61,482 bases of DNA from Candidatus Aenigmatarchaeota archaeon (GCA_014238095.1 JABABT010000017.1:1-61482), one strand, 5' to 3'. Shown: positions 37,906 through 47,369, numbered from the stretch's first letter. Program-made: numbers and translations. Notes: generated from the sequence alone by a model not told the origin.

Positions 37906-37950
37906 ATTTTTTATAGACTTTGTCTAAAAAATGACTTTTGTCTAAAAAAT
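37906..37950 (-). promoter_or_regulatory. putative pilus-operon promoter: TATAAAAAAT box preceded by a tandem 17/18-bp direct repeat
   Basis: The plus strand has GACTTTGTCTAAAAAAT (37916-37932) followed at once by GACTTTTGTCTAAAAAAT (37933-37950). The minus strand has TATAAAAAAT at 37915-37906, about 36 nt before the ATG at 37870. Confidence 0.45.
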
Positions 37951-38162
37951 CGAGTTTTTTTTAGTAAAATAATAAAACCAAAAATAATACTATAATAGAT
38001 TTTTATAGAATATATATTATAATTAAAAATAAAAAATAATGGGAAAAATCAATAAATATTATTTAGAAATTAAACCGAAATAAAAAATTTAATGAAAATT
38101 GAAATTAATTAAAAATACAAATAAATTTCTTTTTAATAAGTTAGATAATTTTTAGAATTTTA

Positions 38163-39809
38163 TTATTCCATTGGAGGTCCGCCGGGTGGCATTCCCATTC
38201 CTGGTTGTGGTCCACTTTTACTTGCAGATATTACATCATCTATTCTCAAAATCATTTCAGCAGCATCTGATGCTGATTTTATAGCTTGTGTTTTTACTTT
38301 CAATGGTTCTACAATTCCTTTTTCTTGTGCATTTATTGTACCACCATCAATAATTCCTATACCAGAATTTACTTTTCCAGCTTCATGATCAGCTCTAATT
38401 TTCACTAATGTATCAATAGGATCTAAACCTGCATTTTCTGCTAAACTTCTTGGAATTATTTCCATTGCATCAGCAAATGCTTTTACTGCAAGTTGTTCTC
38501 TTCCAGTTAATTTCTGAGAAAATTTTTTCAAATGTACTGAAACACTACATTCAGGTGATCCTGCACCATAAACTATTTTTCCATCAGAAACTGCAGAAGA
38601 TACTGCACCAATTGCATCTTCAATACTTCTATCAATTTCATCAACATAATGATCTGTACTTCCTCTTACTAAAATTGTGATAGATTTTGGATCTTTACAA
38701 CCTTCAATGAAAGTCATTGATTCTCCACCTATTTTATTTTCCTCTACATTATCTGCAGAACCAAGATCTTTTTGAGAAAGATCATCAAGATTTGTAACTA
38801 TTCTTGCACTTGTTGCTTTTGACAAAGCTTCCATATCAGATTTTTTTGCCCTTCTAATTGAATATATTCCTTCTTTTGCAAGATAATGTTGTGCAAGATC
38901 ATCTATTCCTTTTTGACAAATGAGAACATTAGCACCACTTTTTACAATTTTATCAGTCATAGATTTAAGCATTTTTTGCTCCTGATCAATAAAAGCCTGC
39001 ATCTGATTAGGTGAAGTTATTCTTATTTCAGCATCTGTTTCTGTTTCTTTTACTTCTAATGCTACATCAATTAAAGCGATTTTTCCATTTGAAACTTTTT
39101 TTGGCATAGCAGGATGAACAACTTCCTTATCAATAACAATACCAGAAATAAGTTTTGTGTCTTCAATTGAAGCACCTGATTTTTTTTCTCTTTTTATATT
39201 TTCATTATCAATAAAAATTTTACCGTTTTTATTTTCAGCAACTTTACTTACTGACTCTACTACAATTTTAGCAAGTAAAGGTGAAATCATTTCAACTGAT
39301 TTTCCAGACATTGATGTTATAGCTATCTTTTCCAATGTTTCTATATCTTTTAAGGAAACTGGTTCACTAATTGATTCAAGATGTTTTATCGCTTCAGTTT
39401 TTGCAATACTAAATCCTTTTGTAATAATTGTTGGATGAACTTCATTATCTAATAATTCTTCAGCTTTTTTCAAAAGTTCTCCAGCAATAATAACTGAAGT
39501 TGTTGTACCATCACCTACTTCTTGATTTTGAGTTTTTGCAACTTCAACCATCATTTTTGCAGAAGGATGTTCAATATCCATTTCTTCTAAAATTGTTACA
39601 CCATCATTTGTTATTATTATATCTCCAATTGAATTAACTAACATTTTATCCATTCCTTTTGGACCTAATGTTGTTTTAACAGCTTCACCAACTGCTTTAG
39701 CTGCTGTTATATTTTGTCTTTGAGCGTCTTTTCCACTTGATCTTAATGTACCTTCTGGTAATATTAAAACTGGTTGTCCACCATAATTTCCCATAATTGG
39801 TTGGTTCAT
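38163..39809 (-). CDS. ths: thermosome subunit (group II chaperonin)
   Basis: 548 aa with '[11 protein letters not shown]', '[13 protein letters not shown]', '[11 protein letters not shown]' and a C-terminal '[10 protein letters not shown]' tail. Confidence 0.95.
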   Translation of the reverse strand: MNQPIMGNYGGQPVLILPEGTLRSSGKDAQRQNITAAKAVGEAVKTTLGPKGMDKMLVNSIGDIIITNDGVTILEEMDIEHPSAKMMVEVAKTQNQEVGDGTTTSVIIAGELLKKAEELLDNEVHPTIITKGFSIAKTEAIKHLESISEPVSLKDIETLEKIAITSMSGKSVEMISPLLAKIVVESVSKVAENKNGKIFIDNENIKREKKSGASIEDTKLISGIVIDKEVVHPAMPKKVSNGKIALIDVALEVKETETDAEIRITSPNQMQAFIDQEQKMLKSMTDKIVKSGANVLICQKGIDDLAQHYLAKEGIYSIRRAKKSDMEALSKATSARIVTNLDDLSQKDLGSADNVEENKIGGESMTFIEGCKDPKSITILVRGSTDHYVDEIDRSIEDAIGAVSSAVSDGKIVYGAGSPECSVSVHLKKFSQKLTGREQLAVKAFADAMEIIPRSLAENAGLDPIDTLVKIRADHEAGKVNSGIGIIDGGTINAQEKGIVEPLKVKTQAIKSASDAAEMILRIDDVISASKSGPQPGMGMPPGGPPME

Positions 39810-39923
39810 AGATTATTTTTATGTTATTATATTATATAAAACTATGTATATAATTTCTATTTAATTTTGGAAAAAATAATAAAAAATTTTTAAACATATG
39901 AATAAGATTTACCTATTTATTTT

Positions 39924-40919
39924 ATGATTGATTTAATAACTTTAGGATTATTTTGTATTGGATTTATATTTTTGATAAAAGGTGCACATATTTTAGTTGA
40001 TGGTGCATCAGTATTAGCTAAAAGGTATGGTGTATCCACATTTATGATTGGGCTTACTGTAGTAGCTTTTGGTACATCTATACCAGAATTAACTGTTAAT
40101 ATAATAGCAGGTATTCAAGGAAATACTGACATAATTTTAGGGAATATTTTAGGTAGTAATATTGCAAATATATTCTTAATTTTAGGTATTATTTCAATTT
40201 TTGTTCCTGTTTTTGTTGGAAGGAAAATAACACGTAAGGAACTTCCAATATCATTACTTGCTATATTAATTCTTTTTTTTATTGCAAATGATTTTCTAAT
40301 TAGTGGTGGTATATCAGAAATAGATAGAATAGATGGTCTTATTCTTATTGGATTTTTCTCAATTTTTATATATTATATATTTAGTATTGCAAGAAAGGGA
40401 AAGAAAAGGAAGGAAATTGAAGAAACTGCTGATGTGGTTTTACATAGAGAAAAGAAAATTAAATCAATAATATTTATTATTGTTGGATTAATTGGTGTTT
40501 CTATTGGTGGTAATTGGATTGTTGATGGTGCTATTGAAATAGCAAGTATTTTTGGTGTTAGTGAAACATTAATTGGTTTAACTATAATTTCTATTGGAAC
40601 ATCAATTCCAGAACTTGCTACTTCTTTGGTAGCATTAAGAAAGAAATTAATTAATCTTGCAGTTGGTAATGTTATTGGATCAAATATATTCAATATATTT
40701 TTAGTTCTTGGTGTAAGTTCTTTGATAACACCAATTCAATTTAATTTAACAAGAAATTTTGAAATTGGAATTGTAATATTTTCAACATTGATATTATTCA
40801 TATTTTTATTTTTAAATGGAAAAATAATGGGTAAAAAATATGAGATTAAAAGATGGCAAGGTTTTGTTTTATTATTTTTATATATTATTTTCATATTAAC
40901 CTCTATATTTAGAGGTTGA
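39924..40919 (+). CDS. Ca2+/cation antiporter (CaCA family, YrbG-like)
   Basis: 331 aa and polytopic, with two alpha-repeats: 'GTSIPELTVNI...GNILGSNIAN' and 'GTSIPELATSL...GNVIGSNIFN'. Confidence 0.88.
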   Translation: MIDLITLGLFCIGFIFLIKGAHILVDGASVLAKRYGVSTFMIGLTVVAFGTSIPELTVNIIAGIQGNTDIILGNILGSNIANIFLILGIISIFVPVFVGRKITRKELPISLLAILILFFIANDFLISGGISEIDRIDGLILIGFFSIFIYYIFSIARKGKKRKEIEETADVVLHREKKIKSIIFIIVGLIGVSIGGNWIVDGAIEIASIFGVSETLIGLTIISIGTSIPELATSLVALRKKLINLAVGNVIGSNIFNIFLVLGVSSLITPIQFNLTRNFEIGIVIFSTLILFIFLFLNGKIMGKKYEIKRWQGFVLLFLYIIFILTSIFRG

Positions 40920-40969
40920 TAAATTTCATAAATATTAAATGTTCAATTACATATAATCCATTTAATAAT

Positions 40970-41068
40970 GGACTTGTAGCTTAGTCTGGTTAGAGCACTC
41001 GACTTATATGTCGGCTAAGCGCCCTCGAAGAAATCGAGAGGTCGCGGGTTCAAATCCCGCCTGGTCCA
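40970..41068 (+). tRNA. tRNA-Ile (anticodon TAT) with a 24-nt intron after position 37
   Basis: Hand fold: GGACTTG/TA/GCTT-AGTCTGGTTA-GAGC/A/CTCGA-CTTATA[intron 41009-41032]A-TCGAG/AGGTC/GCGGG-TTCAAAT-CCCGC/CTGGTCC/A. The body closely resembles archaeal tRNA-Ile(GAT) as I remember it. There is one U-U mismatch in the acceptor stem. Confidence 0.8.
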
Positions 41069-41222
41069 TTATATATAATTAAAAAAATATTACACCTATT
41101 TTTAATTTCTTAAATAATATTACTAAAATAAAATTAATTTAAAGAAATTAATTATAATTATTTAAAATTTTTAAAAAAATAAATATTTTATATAATATAT
41201 TAAATAATTATTGAAAATCCAT

Positions 41223-41846
41223 TTAATATTTAATATAATTAATAATTCTTTTCTTAGGAATTGCACCTTCACGAATTATATTTACTTTTTCATCAATAAT
41301 TTCAATTATTGTAGATGGTTTACCATGTTCACATTCACCAGCATCTAAAACTAAATCAACTTTATCTCCAATTTGATTAATAGACTCTTCAGCAGAATAA
41401 GGATCAGGTTTTCCAGATATGTTAGCTGATGTTGATGTTATTGGAAATTTTAATCTTTTCATTAATTCCTGTATTACTTTATTTGATGATACTCTTATTG
41501 CAATATTATCACCTCCAAATAATTTTCCAAGTGGTACTTTTGCTGGAAGAATCATTGTAATTCCTCCAGGTAGAAAAAAATCTGCTAATTTACATGCATT
41601 CTTATTAAAATATACATATTTTTTTGCTTGTTCAACACTAGAAAATAATATTGATATAGGTTTTTTTCTTTCTCTACCTTTTATATTAAAAACTCTTTCA
41701 ATAGAACCTGCATCCAAAATATTTGCACCAAGACCGTATAAAGTTTCAGTTGGATAAACAATAATACCACCAAGTTTCAAAATTCTAGCTGATTTTTCTA
41801 TTATTTCTGAATCTGGTTTTTCTGAATCTATTTTTAATATTTGCAT
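41223..41846 (-). CDS. tsaC: L-threonylcarbamoyladenylate synthase, short YrdC/TsaC form
   Basis: 207 aa with 'GIIVYPTETLYGLGAN', 'RVFNIKGRERKKPISIL' and 'TSTSANISGKP'. There is no Sua5 C-terminal domain. Confidence 0.85.
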   Translation of the reverse strand: MQILKIDSEKPDSEIIEKSARILKLGGIIVYPTETLYGLGANILDAGSIERVFNIKGRERKKPISILFSSVEQAKKYVYFNKNACKLADFFLPGGITMILPAKVPLGKLFGGDNIAIRVSSNKVIQELMKRLKFPITSTSANISGKPDPYSAEESINQIGDKVDLVLDAGECEHGKPSTIIEIIDEKVNIIREGAIPKKRIINYIKY

Positions 41847-41878
41847 ATAATATTAAAGTTATTTACATAATTAATTAT

Positions 41879-43429
41879 ATGGTATTTGATAATGAGAAAA
41901 AAGATTTTTGGCCATTTGATATAGCAAAAAAATTAACAAATAATTGGAAAGAAAATAATCATATTATTTGTACTGGAACTTCAATTTCAGGTAATCCTCA
42001 TATTGGAAATGCTAATGATGTTATAATTGGAGATTCTATTAGAATAGCTTTAAGAAAAATTGGATCATCTGGGAATTTAATATGGATTGCTGATGATATG
42101 GATCCTTTTAGAAATGTACCAAAAAATATGCCAAATGAAATGGAAAAATATCTTGGTGTACCAGCTGCATTAATTCCAGATTTTTGGGATGATAATCATA
42201 ATGATTTTATAGAACATTTTAAAAATGATTTCATAGAACAACTTGAAAAATTAAAAATAAAACCAAAAATAATGAGTGGTATTAAAATGTATAAAGAAGG
42301 AATGTATAATGATTCAATTAAAATTGTAATGAATAAAAGAAATGAAATTGCTTCTATTTTGAATCAATATAAATCAAAAAAAATTATTGGTGAATGGTAT
42401 CCAATAAATATTATTTGTGAAAAATGTAATAAAATTTCTACTACAATTATTAAAAAATATGATGATGTAAAATATAAAGTTGAGTATTTATGTGATGATA
42501 AAAATATTTTACTAAATAAGAAAAATGAAATTAATGGATGTGGATATAATGGAATTATTTCTATATTAAATGGTAATGCTAAAATTACATGGAGAGTTGA
42601 ATGGGCAGCTAGATGGTCTTTTCTTGGAACAACATGTGAACCTTTTGGGAAAGAACATTCAACATATGGAGGAAGTTGGGATACAGGAAAGGAAATATCA
42701 AAAAAAATATTTAATTACAAACCACCAATGCCAATAATATATGAACATTTTCTTGTTAATGGAAATAAAATGTCTAAATCAAAAGGTAATGTGATAACAG
42801 TAAATGATATGTTAAAATATATGTTACCAGAACATTTAAGATATTGGATATTTCAGGGTAGGTTAACAATTGCAAAAAATATAATATTGAAAGATATTGT
42901 TCCTAAATTATTTAATGATTTCAATAATGCCGAAATGGTTTTTATAAATCCTGAAACTGAAAATGATCCAAAAAAAAGGAACAATTTAATAAGTGCATAT
43001 GAATTAGCTATTGGTGAAAATTATATTAATAAAAATAATTTAGGAAATAATATTAGTTTTGAAGAAATAAAAAAAAATATAATTGAAAATAGAAAATTTT
43101 ATGATGATGAAAAATTAAATAAAAAAATTAAATTAGTTAAGGCATGGATAAATGATTATGAAAAAAGGATTTTTTTTGATGAAAAATTACAAAATTCTGA
43201 GAAAAAATCAATAGAAGAAATAATAAAAATAATAAAAAATGAAACAGATGAAAATAAAATACAAATTGGAATTTTTGAAACTGCTAAAAATAATAATATA
43301 AAACCAATGAAAATTTTTAAACTTATTTATAATATTTTATTAGGATATGATAATGGTCCACGTCTTGGATCTTATATATTACAAATTGGTAAAGAAAATA
43401 TTATTAAAAAATTGGAGAAATGTTTATAA
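41879..43429 (+). CDS. lysK: lysyl-tRNA synthetase, class I
   Basis: 516 aa. HIGH 'SGNPHIGNANDV', KMSKS 'KMSKSKGN', and the class I LysRS architecture. Confidence 0.9.
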   Translation: MVFDNEKKDFWPFDIAKKLTNNWKENNHIICTGTSISGNPHIGNANDVIIGDSIRIALRKIGSSGNLIWIADDMDPFRNVPKNMPNEMEKYLGVPAALIPDFWDDNHNDFIEHFKNDFIEQLEKLKIKPKIMSGIKMYKEGMYNDSIKIVMNKRNEIASILNQYKSKKIIGEWYPINIICEKCNKISTTIIKKYDDVKYKVEYLCDDKNILLNKKNEINGCGYNGIISILNGNAKITWRVEWAARWSFLGTTCEPFGKEHSTYGGSWDTGKEISKKIFNYKPPMPIIYEHFLVNGNKMSKSKGNVITVNDMLKYMLPEHLRYWIFQGRLTIAKNIILKDIVPKLFNDFNNAEMVFINPETENDPKKRNNLISAYELAIGENYINKNNLGNNISFEEIKKNIIENRKFYDDEKLNKKIKLVKAWINDYEKRIFFDEKLQNSEKKSIEEIIKIIKNETDENKIQIGIFETAKNNNIKPMKIFKLIYNILLGYDNGPRLGSYILQIGKENIIKKLEKCL

Positions 43430-44472
43430 TGAATTTATCTAATGTTTTTAAAAATGAAGAAATTCTTTCAACAGAATATATACCTAAAATATTAAAACAT
43501 AGAGAAACACAAATTCAACAAATTGCTAATAATCTAAAACCAATTAATGAAGGTAGAAAAGGTCAAAATACATTTATTTTTGGATCTTCTGGTATAGGTA
43601 AAACTTCAACAATAAAATATATTTTTGAAGAATTCGAAAATGAATGTCAAAATATAAAACCAATTTACATAAATTGTTGGGATTGTAACACATCTATAGC
43701 AATTTTATCTGAAATAACAACAAGACTTGGAAAATTTGTATCAAGAAGAGGTCTTGGTAAAGATGAAATAAATGAAAGATTTTTAGAAGCAGTTAAGAAA
43801 AATAAGGAAAATATTTTAATTTGTTTAGATGAAGTTGATCAATTAATATACAAAGATTCTGGAACTTTGTATAATTTACTTAGAATTAAACAATATATAA
43901 ATAAAGAAATAACACTTGTGATGATTTCAAATAACTCTCATATTTTTTCTAATTTAGAAAATAGAATATTAAGTAGTCTAAATATAGAAGAAATAGAATT
44001 TAAACCATATAATATAAATGAAATGAAAAATATTTTATTAGAAAGATCTAAAAATGCTTTTATAGAATTTGAAAATACTGCTATAACTTTAGCAGCAAAT
44101 AAAGCAATAAATAATGGTGGAGATGTTAGAATAGGTTTACAATGTTTACAAAATGCTGGTAGATTAGCTAACAAAAAAGATTCTACTAAACTAAAACTTG
44201 AATTTATGAAAGAAGTAGTAAAAAAAATGAAAAATCCAAAAAAAGAAGATATTAAAAAAAAATTAAATGAAAATGAAAGAATTATTTTTGGATTAATGGA
44301 AAAAAATGATGATATTTCATTTACAAAATTATATGAAAAATATTGTAAGAAAAAAGAAAATCCAGTAAGTATTAGAATGTTTCAAAATTACATAAATCAT
44401 TTAGAACAAGTTAATATGATAAAATTAAGTGAAAATAAAATTAATGGGAAAAGAATTATTTATAAAAATTAA
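43420..44472 (+). CDS. cdc6: Orc1/Cdc6 replication initiator
   Basis: 350 aa. Walker A 'GSSGIGKTSTI', Walker B 'ICLDEVD', and a C-terminal winged helix. The alternative ATG at 43429 overlaps the lysK stop (TAATG). Confidence 0.88.
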   Translation: MFIMNLSNVFKNEEILSTEYIPKILKHRETQIQQIANNLKPINEGRKGQNTFIFGSSGIGKTSTIKYIFEEFENECQNIKPIYINCWDCNTSIAILSEITTRLGKFVSRRGLGKDEINERFLEAVKKNKENILICLDEVDQLIYKDSGTLYNLLRIKQYINKEITLVMISNNSHIFSNLENRILSSLNIEEIEFKPYNINEMKNILLERSKNAFIEFENTAITLAANKAINNGGDVRIGLQCLQNAGRLANKKDSTKLKLEFMKEVVKKMKNPKKEDIKKKLNENERIIFGLMEKNDDISFTKLYEKYCKKKENPVSIRMFQNYINHLEQVNMIKLSENKINGKRIIYKN

Positions 44473-45740
44473 GCAATAATTGCTGTTCCACCAGCATGCC
44501 ATGAAATTCTAGGTCTTATATTAATAGTAAATACTTTTTCCATATTATCATCTAAAATTACAGCTGCTCCAGGCCATCTAGGTAAAGAATTTATATATTT
44601 CCAAAGATTTTCTGAATGATAAGTTTGCATAACTGAATGAAGGGCTTCTAAATCATCACGTGAAGTAAGTCTATTAGAGATAACAATATCTGTTTGTGAT
44701 AATATGTCTTGATGGATTTTATTTGGCATTTGAGTAATAACCGTAAGACTTACACCGGGTTCTCTTCCTTGTTTTGAAATTATTTTCAAAGGTTCTGAAG
44801 AAACTGTTTCTATATCTGATGGAATAAAATTATGAGCTTCATCTATAATCAACCAAATCATAGGTTTTTTATTTTTTAAAATTTCTCCTGTTATTTTTGA
44901 TACTTCTTCTTCTTTTCTTGCTATAACTCTTATATCATAAATTTTTCTTGATATTAATGCTACAATTAAATTTCTTACACTCCAAGCTTGTGAAGATCTC
45001 AACCTAGATAAATCAATAATAGTAATTTGTCCTGGTTTTATCATTGAAGATATATCTGAACCATTTTCATCAAAAACTCCCCATTGTTCTGCAACAGTTA
45101 ACATATTTTTAATTGCATTTTTTATATCATCTGAAGTTTCATTATCATCTCTAATTTTAGAAATTATATCATCTATTGAAAATTTTTCTTCAGATTTAAT
45201 TAATTGATTTATATTTTTTTCTAATGAAATTCCTATAGAACTTGTTCGTTCTAAATTAAATGCTAATAACCAATCTTCTGCACTAAATTCATAAGGTGCA
45301 ATTGATATTCCTTCATCTATTGGAATATTTGATTTTTCATATTCTTTTAATTGACTTGTTGGTGCAAAAATTTTAATATTATTCATTGCTTGTGGTTTTA
45401 ATTTCCAATCTTCAACTAATTGAATTTGTTGTTCATTTGGAAATTTCATACTCCAAAATATTCCCATTGTATCTATTACAACTGTTGCTATATTTTCTCT
45501 GTATTTTTCTTCTAAATTACAAACTTCTTCTACAAAAACACCAGCAATATATGATTTTCCTGTTCCACGTTTACCACTAATTAAAGAAACATGAGGTCTT
45601 AATAAATCAAATCTAACTTTTGTTGTTAAATGTGCATCTTCACCAGTACCAACAATATGTTTTCCTATGTAACCTGTACATTTATCATTATATATTTCCA
45701 AATCTTTTTTACTTCTACCAACAATTGTCTGATATACCAC
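44469..45740 (-). CDS. HerA-like (DUF87/COG0433) P-loop ATPase
   Basis: 423 aa. Walker A 'SGKRGTGKSY' and Walker B 'WLIIDEAHNF'. Its stop overlaps the cdc6 stop within a shared TTAA. Confidence 0.75.
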   Translation of the reverse strand: MVYQTIVGRSKKDLEIYNDKCTGYIGKHIVGTGEDAHLTTKVRFDLLRPHVSLISGKRGTGKSYIAGVFVEEVCNLEEKYRENIATVVIDTMGIFWSMKFPNEQQIQLVEDWKLKPQAMNNIKIFAPTSQLKEYEKSNIPIDEGISIAPYEFSAEDWLLAFNLERTSSIGISLEKNINQLIKSEEKFSIDDIISKIRDDNETSDDIKNAIKNMLTVAEQWGVFDENGSDISSMIKPGQITIIDLSRLRSSQAWSVRNLIVALISRKIYDIRVIARKEEEVSKITGEILKNKKPMIWLIIDEAHNFIPSDIETVSSEPLKIISKQGREPGVSLTVITQMPNKIHQDILSQTDIVISNRLTSRDDLEALHSVMQTYHSENLWKYINSLPRWPGAAVILDDNMEKVFTINIRPRISWHAGGTAIIA

Positions 45741-45848
45741 AATTAATGTTTAATTTGAATGAACATAAATGTATTTTATATAACAAAAAATTATTTGAAT
45801 TTAGAAAAAGATTAAATTATAAATAACATATTCTATTTTTATTATTAT

Positions 45849-45922
45849 GGGGTTGTCGGCTAATTTGGTTAGGCTTCGAGCTTTGGGAGCTTGCGATCTG
45901 GGTTCAAATCCCAGCGACCCCA
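45849..45922 (+). tRNA. tRNA-Pro (anticodon TGG)
   Basis: Hand fold: GGGGTTG/TC/GGCT-AATTTGGTTA-GGCT/T/CGAGC-TTTGGGA-GCTTG/CGAT/CTGGG-TTCAAAT-CCCAG/CGACCCC/A. Confidence 0.85.
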
Positions 45923-45980
45923 TTTATGATATTTAATTATAAATAACAAAATATTTGATAATATAAAAATTATATTTTAT

Positions 45981-46268
45981 ATGACTGAAAATAAAAAACC
46001 AGAATGGTTAGAAAAAATAATTGAAGAAAGAATAATTATATTGTTTAAATTAGCAAATGAATTTTTAGATAAAAATGAAAAAAGAAGTAAACGTTATATT
46101 CAACTTTCTAGGAAAATTGCAACACGTCATAGAATGAAATTACCAAAAAAATTAAAAAGAAATTTTTGTAAGAAATGTAATATATTATTTACAGATAAAA
46201 ACACTATTAAAAGAAAAAATAATCAAATAAACAAAATTATTTTTAAATGTAAAAAATGTGATTATTAA
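45981..46268 (+). CDS. rnp4: RNase P protein component 4 (Rpp21/Rpr2)
   Basis: 95 aa. N-terminal helical 'RIIILFKLANEF...RSKRYIQLSRKIATRHRMKLP' and a zinc ribbon 'CKKCN...CKKCD'. Confidence 0.8.
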   Translation: MTENKKPEWLEKIIEERIIILFKLANEFLDKNEKRSKRYIQLSRKIATRHRMKLPKKLKRNFCKKCNILFTDKNTIKRKNNQINKIIFKCKKCDY

Positions 46269-46325
46269 TATTATTATATAATGAAGAAACAAATGTTTTT
46301 ATATTTACCATAATAATAATTTTCT

Positions 46326-46748
46326 ATGACATCAGCAAGATTAGCAAATCCAAGAAAACTTATTGAAAGACTTGAAAAAGAATTAAAAAAAGAGGAGAAA
46401 ATTAAACCAACTGAATGGTCAAAATTTGTTAAAAGTGGATCACATAAAATAAGACCCCCATATAATGAAAATTTTTGGTATACAAGATCTGCATCTCTTT
46501 TGAGGAGAATTTATATTGATGGACCTGTTGGTGTTGAAAAACTTCGAAGATTTTATGGTGGAAGGAAAAAAATGGGACATAAACCAGCTAGATCAAAACT
46601 TTCTGGTGGAAATCATTTAAGGAAAATATTACAACAACTTGAAAAGGTTGGGTATATTTCAATGCATAAAAAAGGTGGTAGAAAGATTACATCTAAAGGT
46701 ATGAAATTTATGGATAATATTTCAAAGGTTATAAAAGATGATAAATAA
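46326..46748 (+). CDS. rps19e: ribosomal protein eS19 (S19e)
   Basis: 140 aa with 'WYTRSASLLRRIYIDGPVGVEKLRRFYGGRK' and 'GGNHLRKILQQLEKVGY'. Confidence 0.92.
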   Translation: MTSARLANPRKLIERLEKELKKEEKIKPTEWSKFVKSGSHKIRPPYNENFWYTRSASLLRRIYIDGPVGVEKLRRFYGGRKKMGHKPARSKLSGGNHLRKILQQLEKVGYISMHKKGGRKITSKGMKFMDNISKVIKDDK

Positions 46749-47004
46749 TCAAAATAATTTAGAAAATATAAAAGAAGTTGAATTTATGAGAAAACAAACT
46801 TTAAGAAAAATATTATCTAAATCTGCTATGGAAAGACTTTATCGTGTTAAAATAATAAAACCAAATATAGTAGCAAAAATAGAAGAATATTTAATTGGTC
46901 TTTATCAAAATGGTAAAGTTAATAAAGAAGTATCAGAAAATCAAATAAAAATGATTTTAGATACTGTTAATGGTAAAACAAATATTAACATAAATAGGAA
47001 ATGA
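46738..47004 (+). CDS. PDCD5/TFAR19-like DNA-binding protein (COG2118)
   Basis: 88 aa with 'AMERLYRVKIIKPNIVAKIEEYLIGLYQNGKV'. Its position next to S19e/L37ae is the conserved one. Confidence 0.7.
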   Translation: MINNQNNLENIKEVEFMRKQTLRKILSKSAMERLYRVKIIKPNIVAKIEEYLIGLYQNGKVNKEVSENQIKMILDTVNGKTNININRK

Positions 47005-47008
47005 TTAT

Positions 47009-47239
47009 ATGTCAGGAAAGAAAAAAATTGGTTCAGCAGGAAGATATGGGTCTAGATATGGAAAAAAGGTAAGGAAATTAGTTTCTAATATTGAAAAAAT
47101 ACAAAAGAAAAGACATATATGTCCTCGTTGCGATATGCCTTATGTGAAATGGTTATCAGCTGGAGTTTGGAACTGTAGTAAATGTTATACAAAATTTGCT
47201 GGTGGTGCCTGGACAACAATAATTCAAAGGAGAAAATAA
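47009..47239 (+). CDS. rpl37ae: ribosomal protein eL43 (L37Ae)
   Basis: 76 aa with 'GSAGRYGSRYGKKVRK' and zinc ribbon 'CPRCD...WNCSKC...GGAW'. Confidence 0.92.
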   Translation: MSGKKKIGSAGRYGSRYGKKVRKLVSNIEKIQKKRHICPRCDMPYVKWLSAGVWNCSKCYTKFAGGAWTTIIQRRK

Positions 47240-47240
47240 A

Positions 47241-47369
47241 ATGTACAAATGTATTAGATGTAAAAAAGTAATTGATGAATATGATAACAAAATAAGATGT
47301 CCTTATTGTGGATTCCGAATTTATTCCAAAATAAGACCTGAAATTGTGAGAAGAGTTGTCGCAAAATAA
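47241..47369 (+). CDS. rpoP: RNA polymerase subunit P (Rpo12), below ORF-track cutoff
   Basis: My translation is MYKCIRCKKVIDEYDNKIRCPYCGFRIYSKIRPEIVRRVVAK. AGGAG lies 8 nt upstream, and its position after L37Ae is canonical. Confidence 0.85.
   Translation: MYKCIRCKKVIDEYDNKIRCPYCGFRIYSKIRPEIVRRVVAK

Noticed and set aside
43300-44600. A replication origin (ORB/mini-ORB repeats) adjacent to orc1/cdc6.
   Set aside because: Both ends of cdc6 overlap neighbouring coding sequences, so there is no non-coding DNA. I could not identify repeated ORB-like elements by eye.
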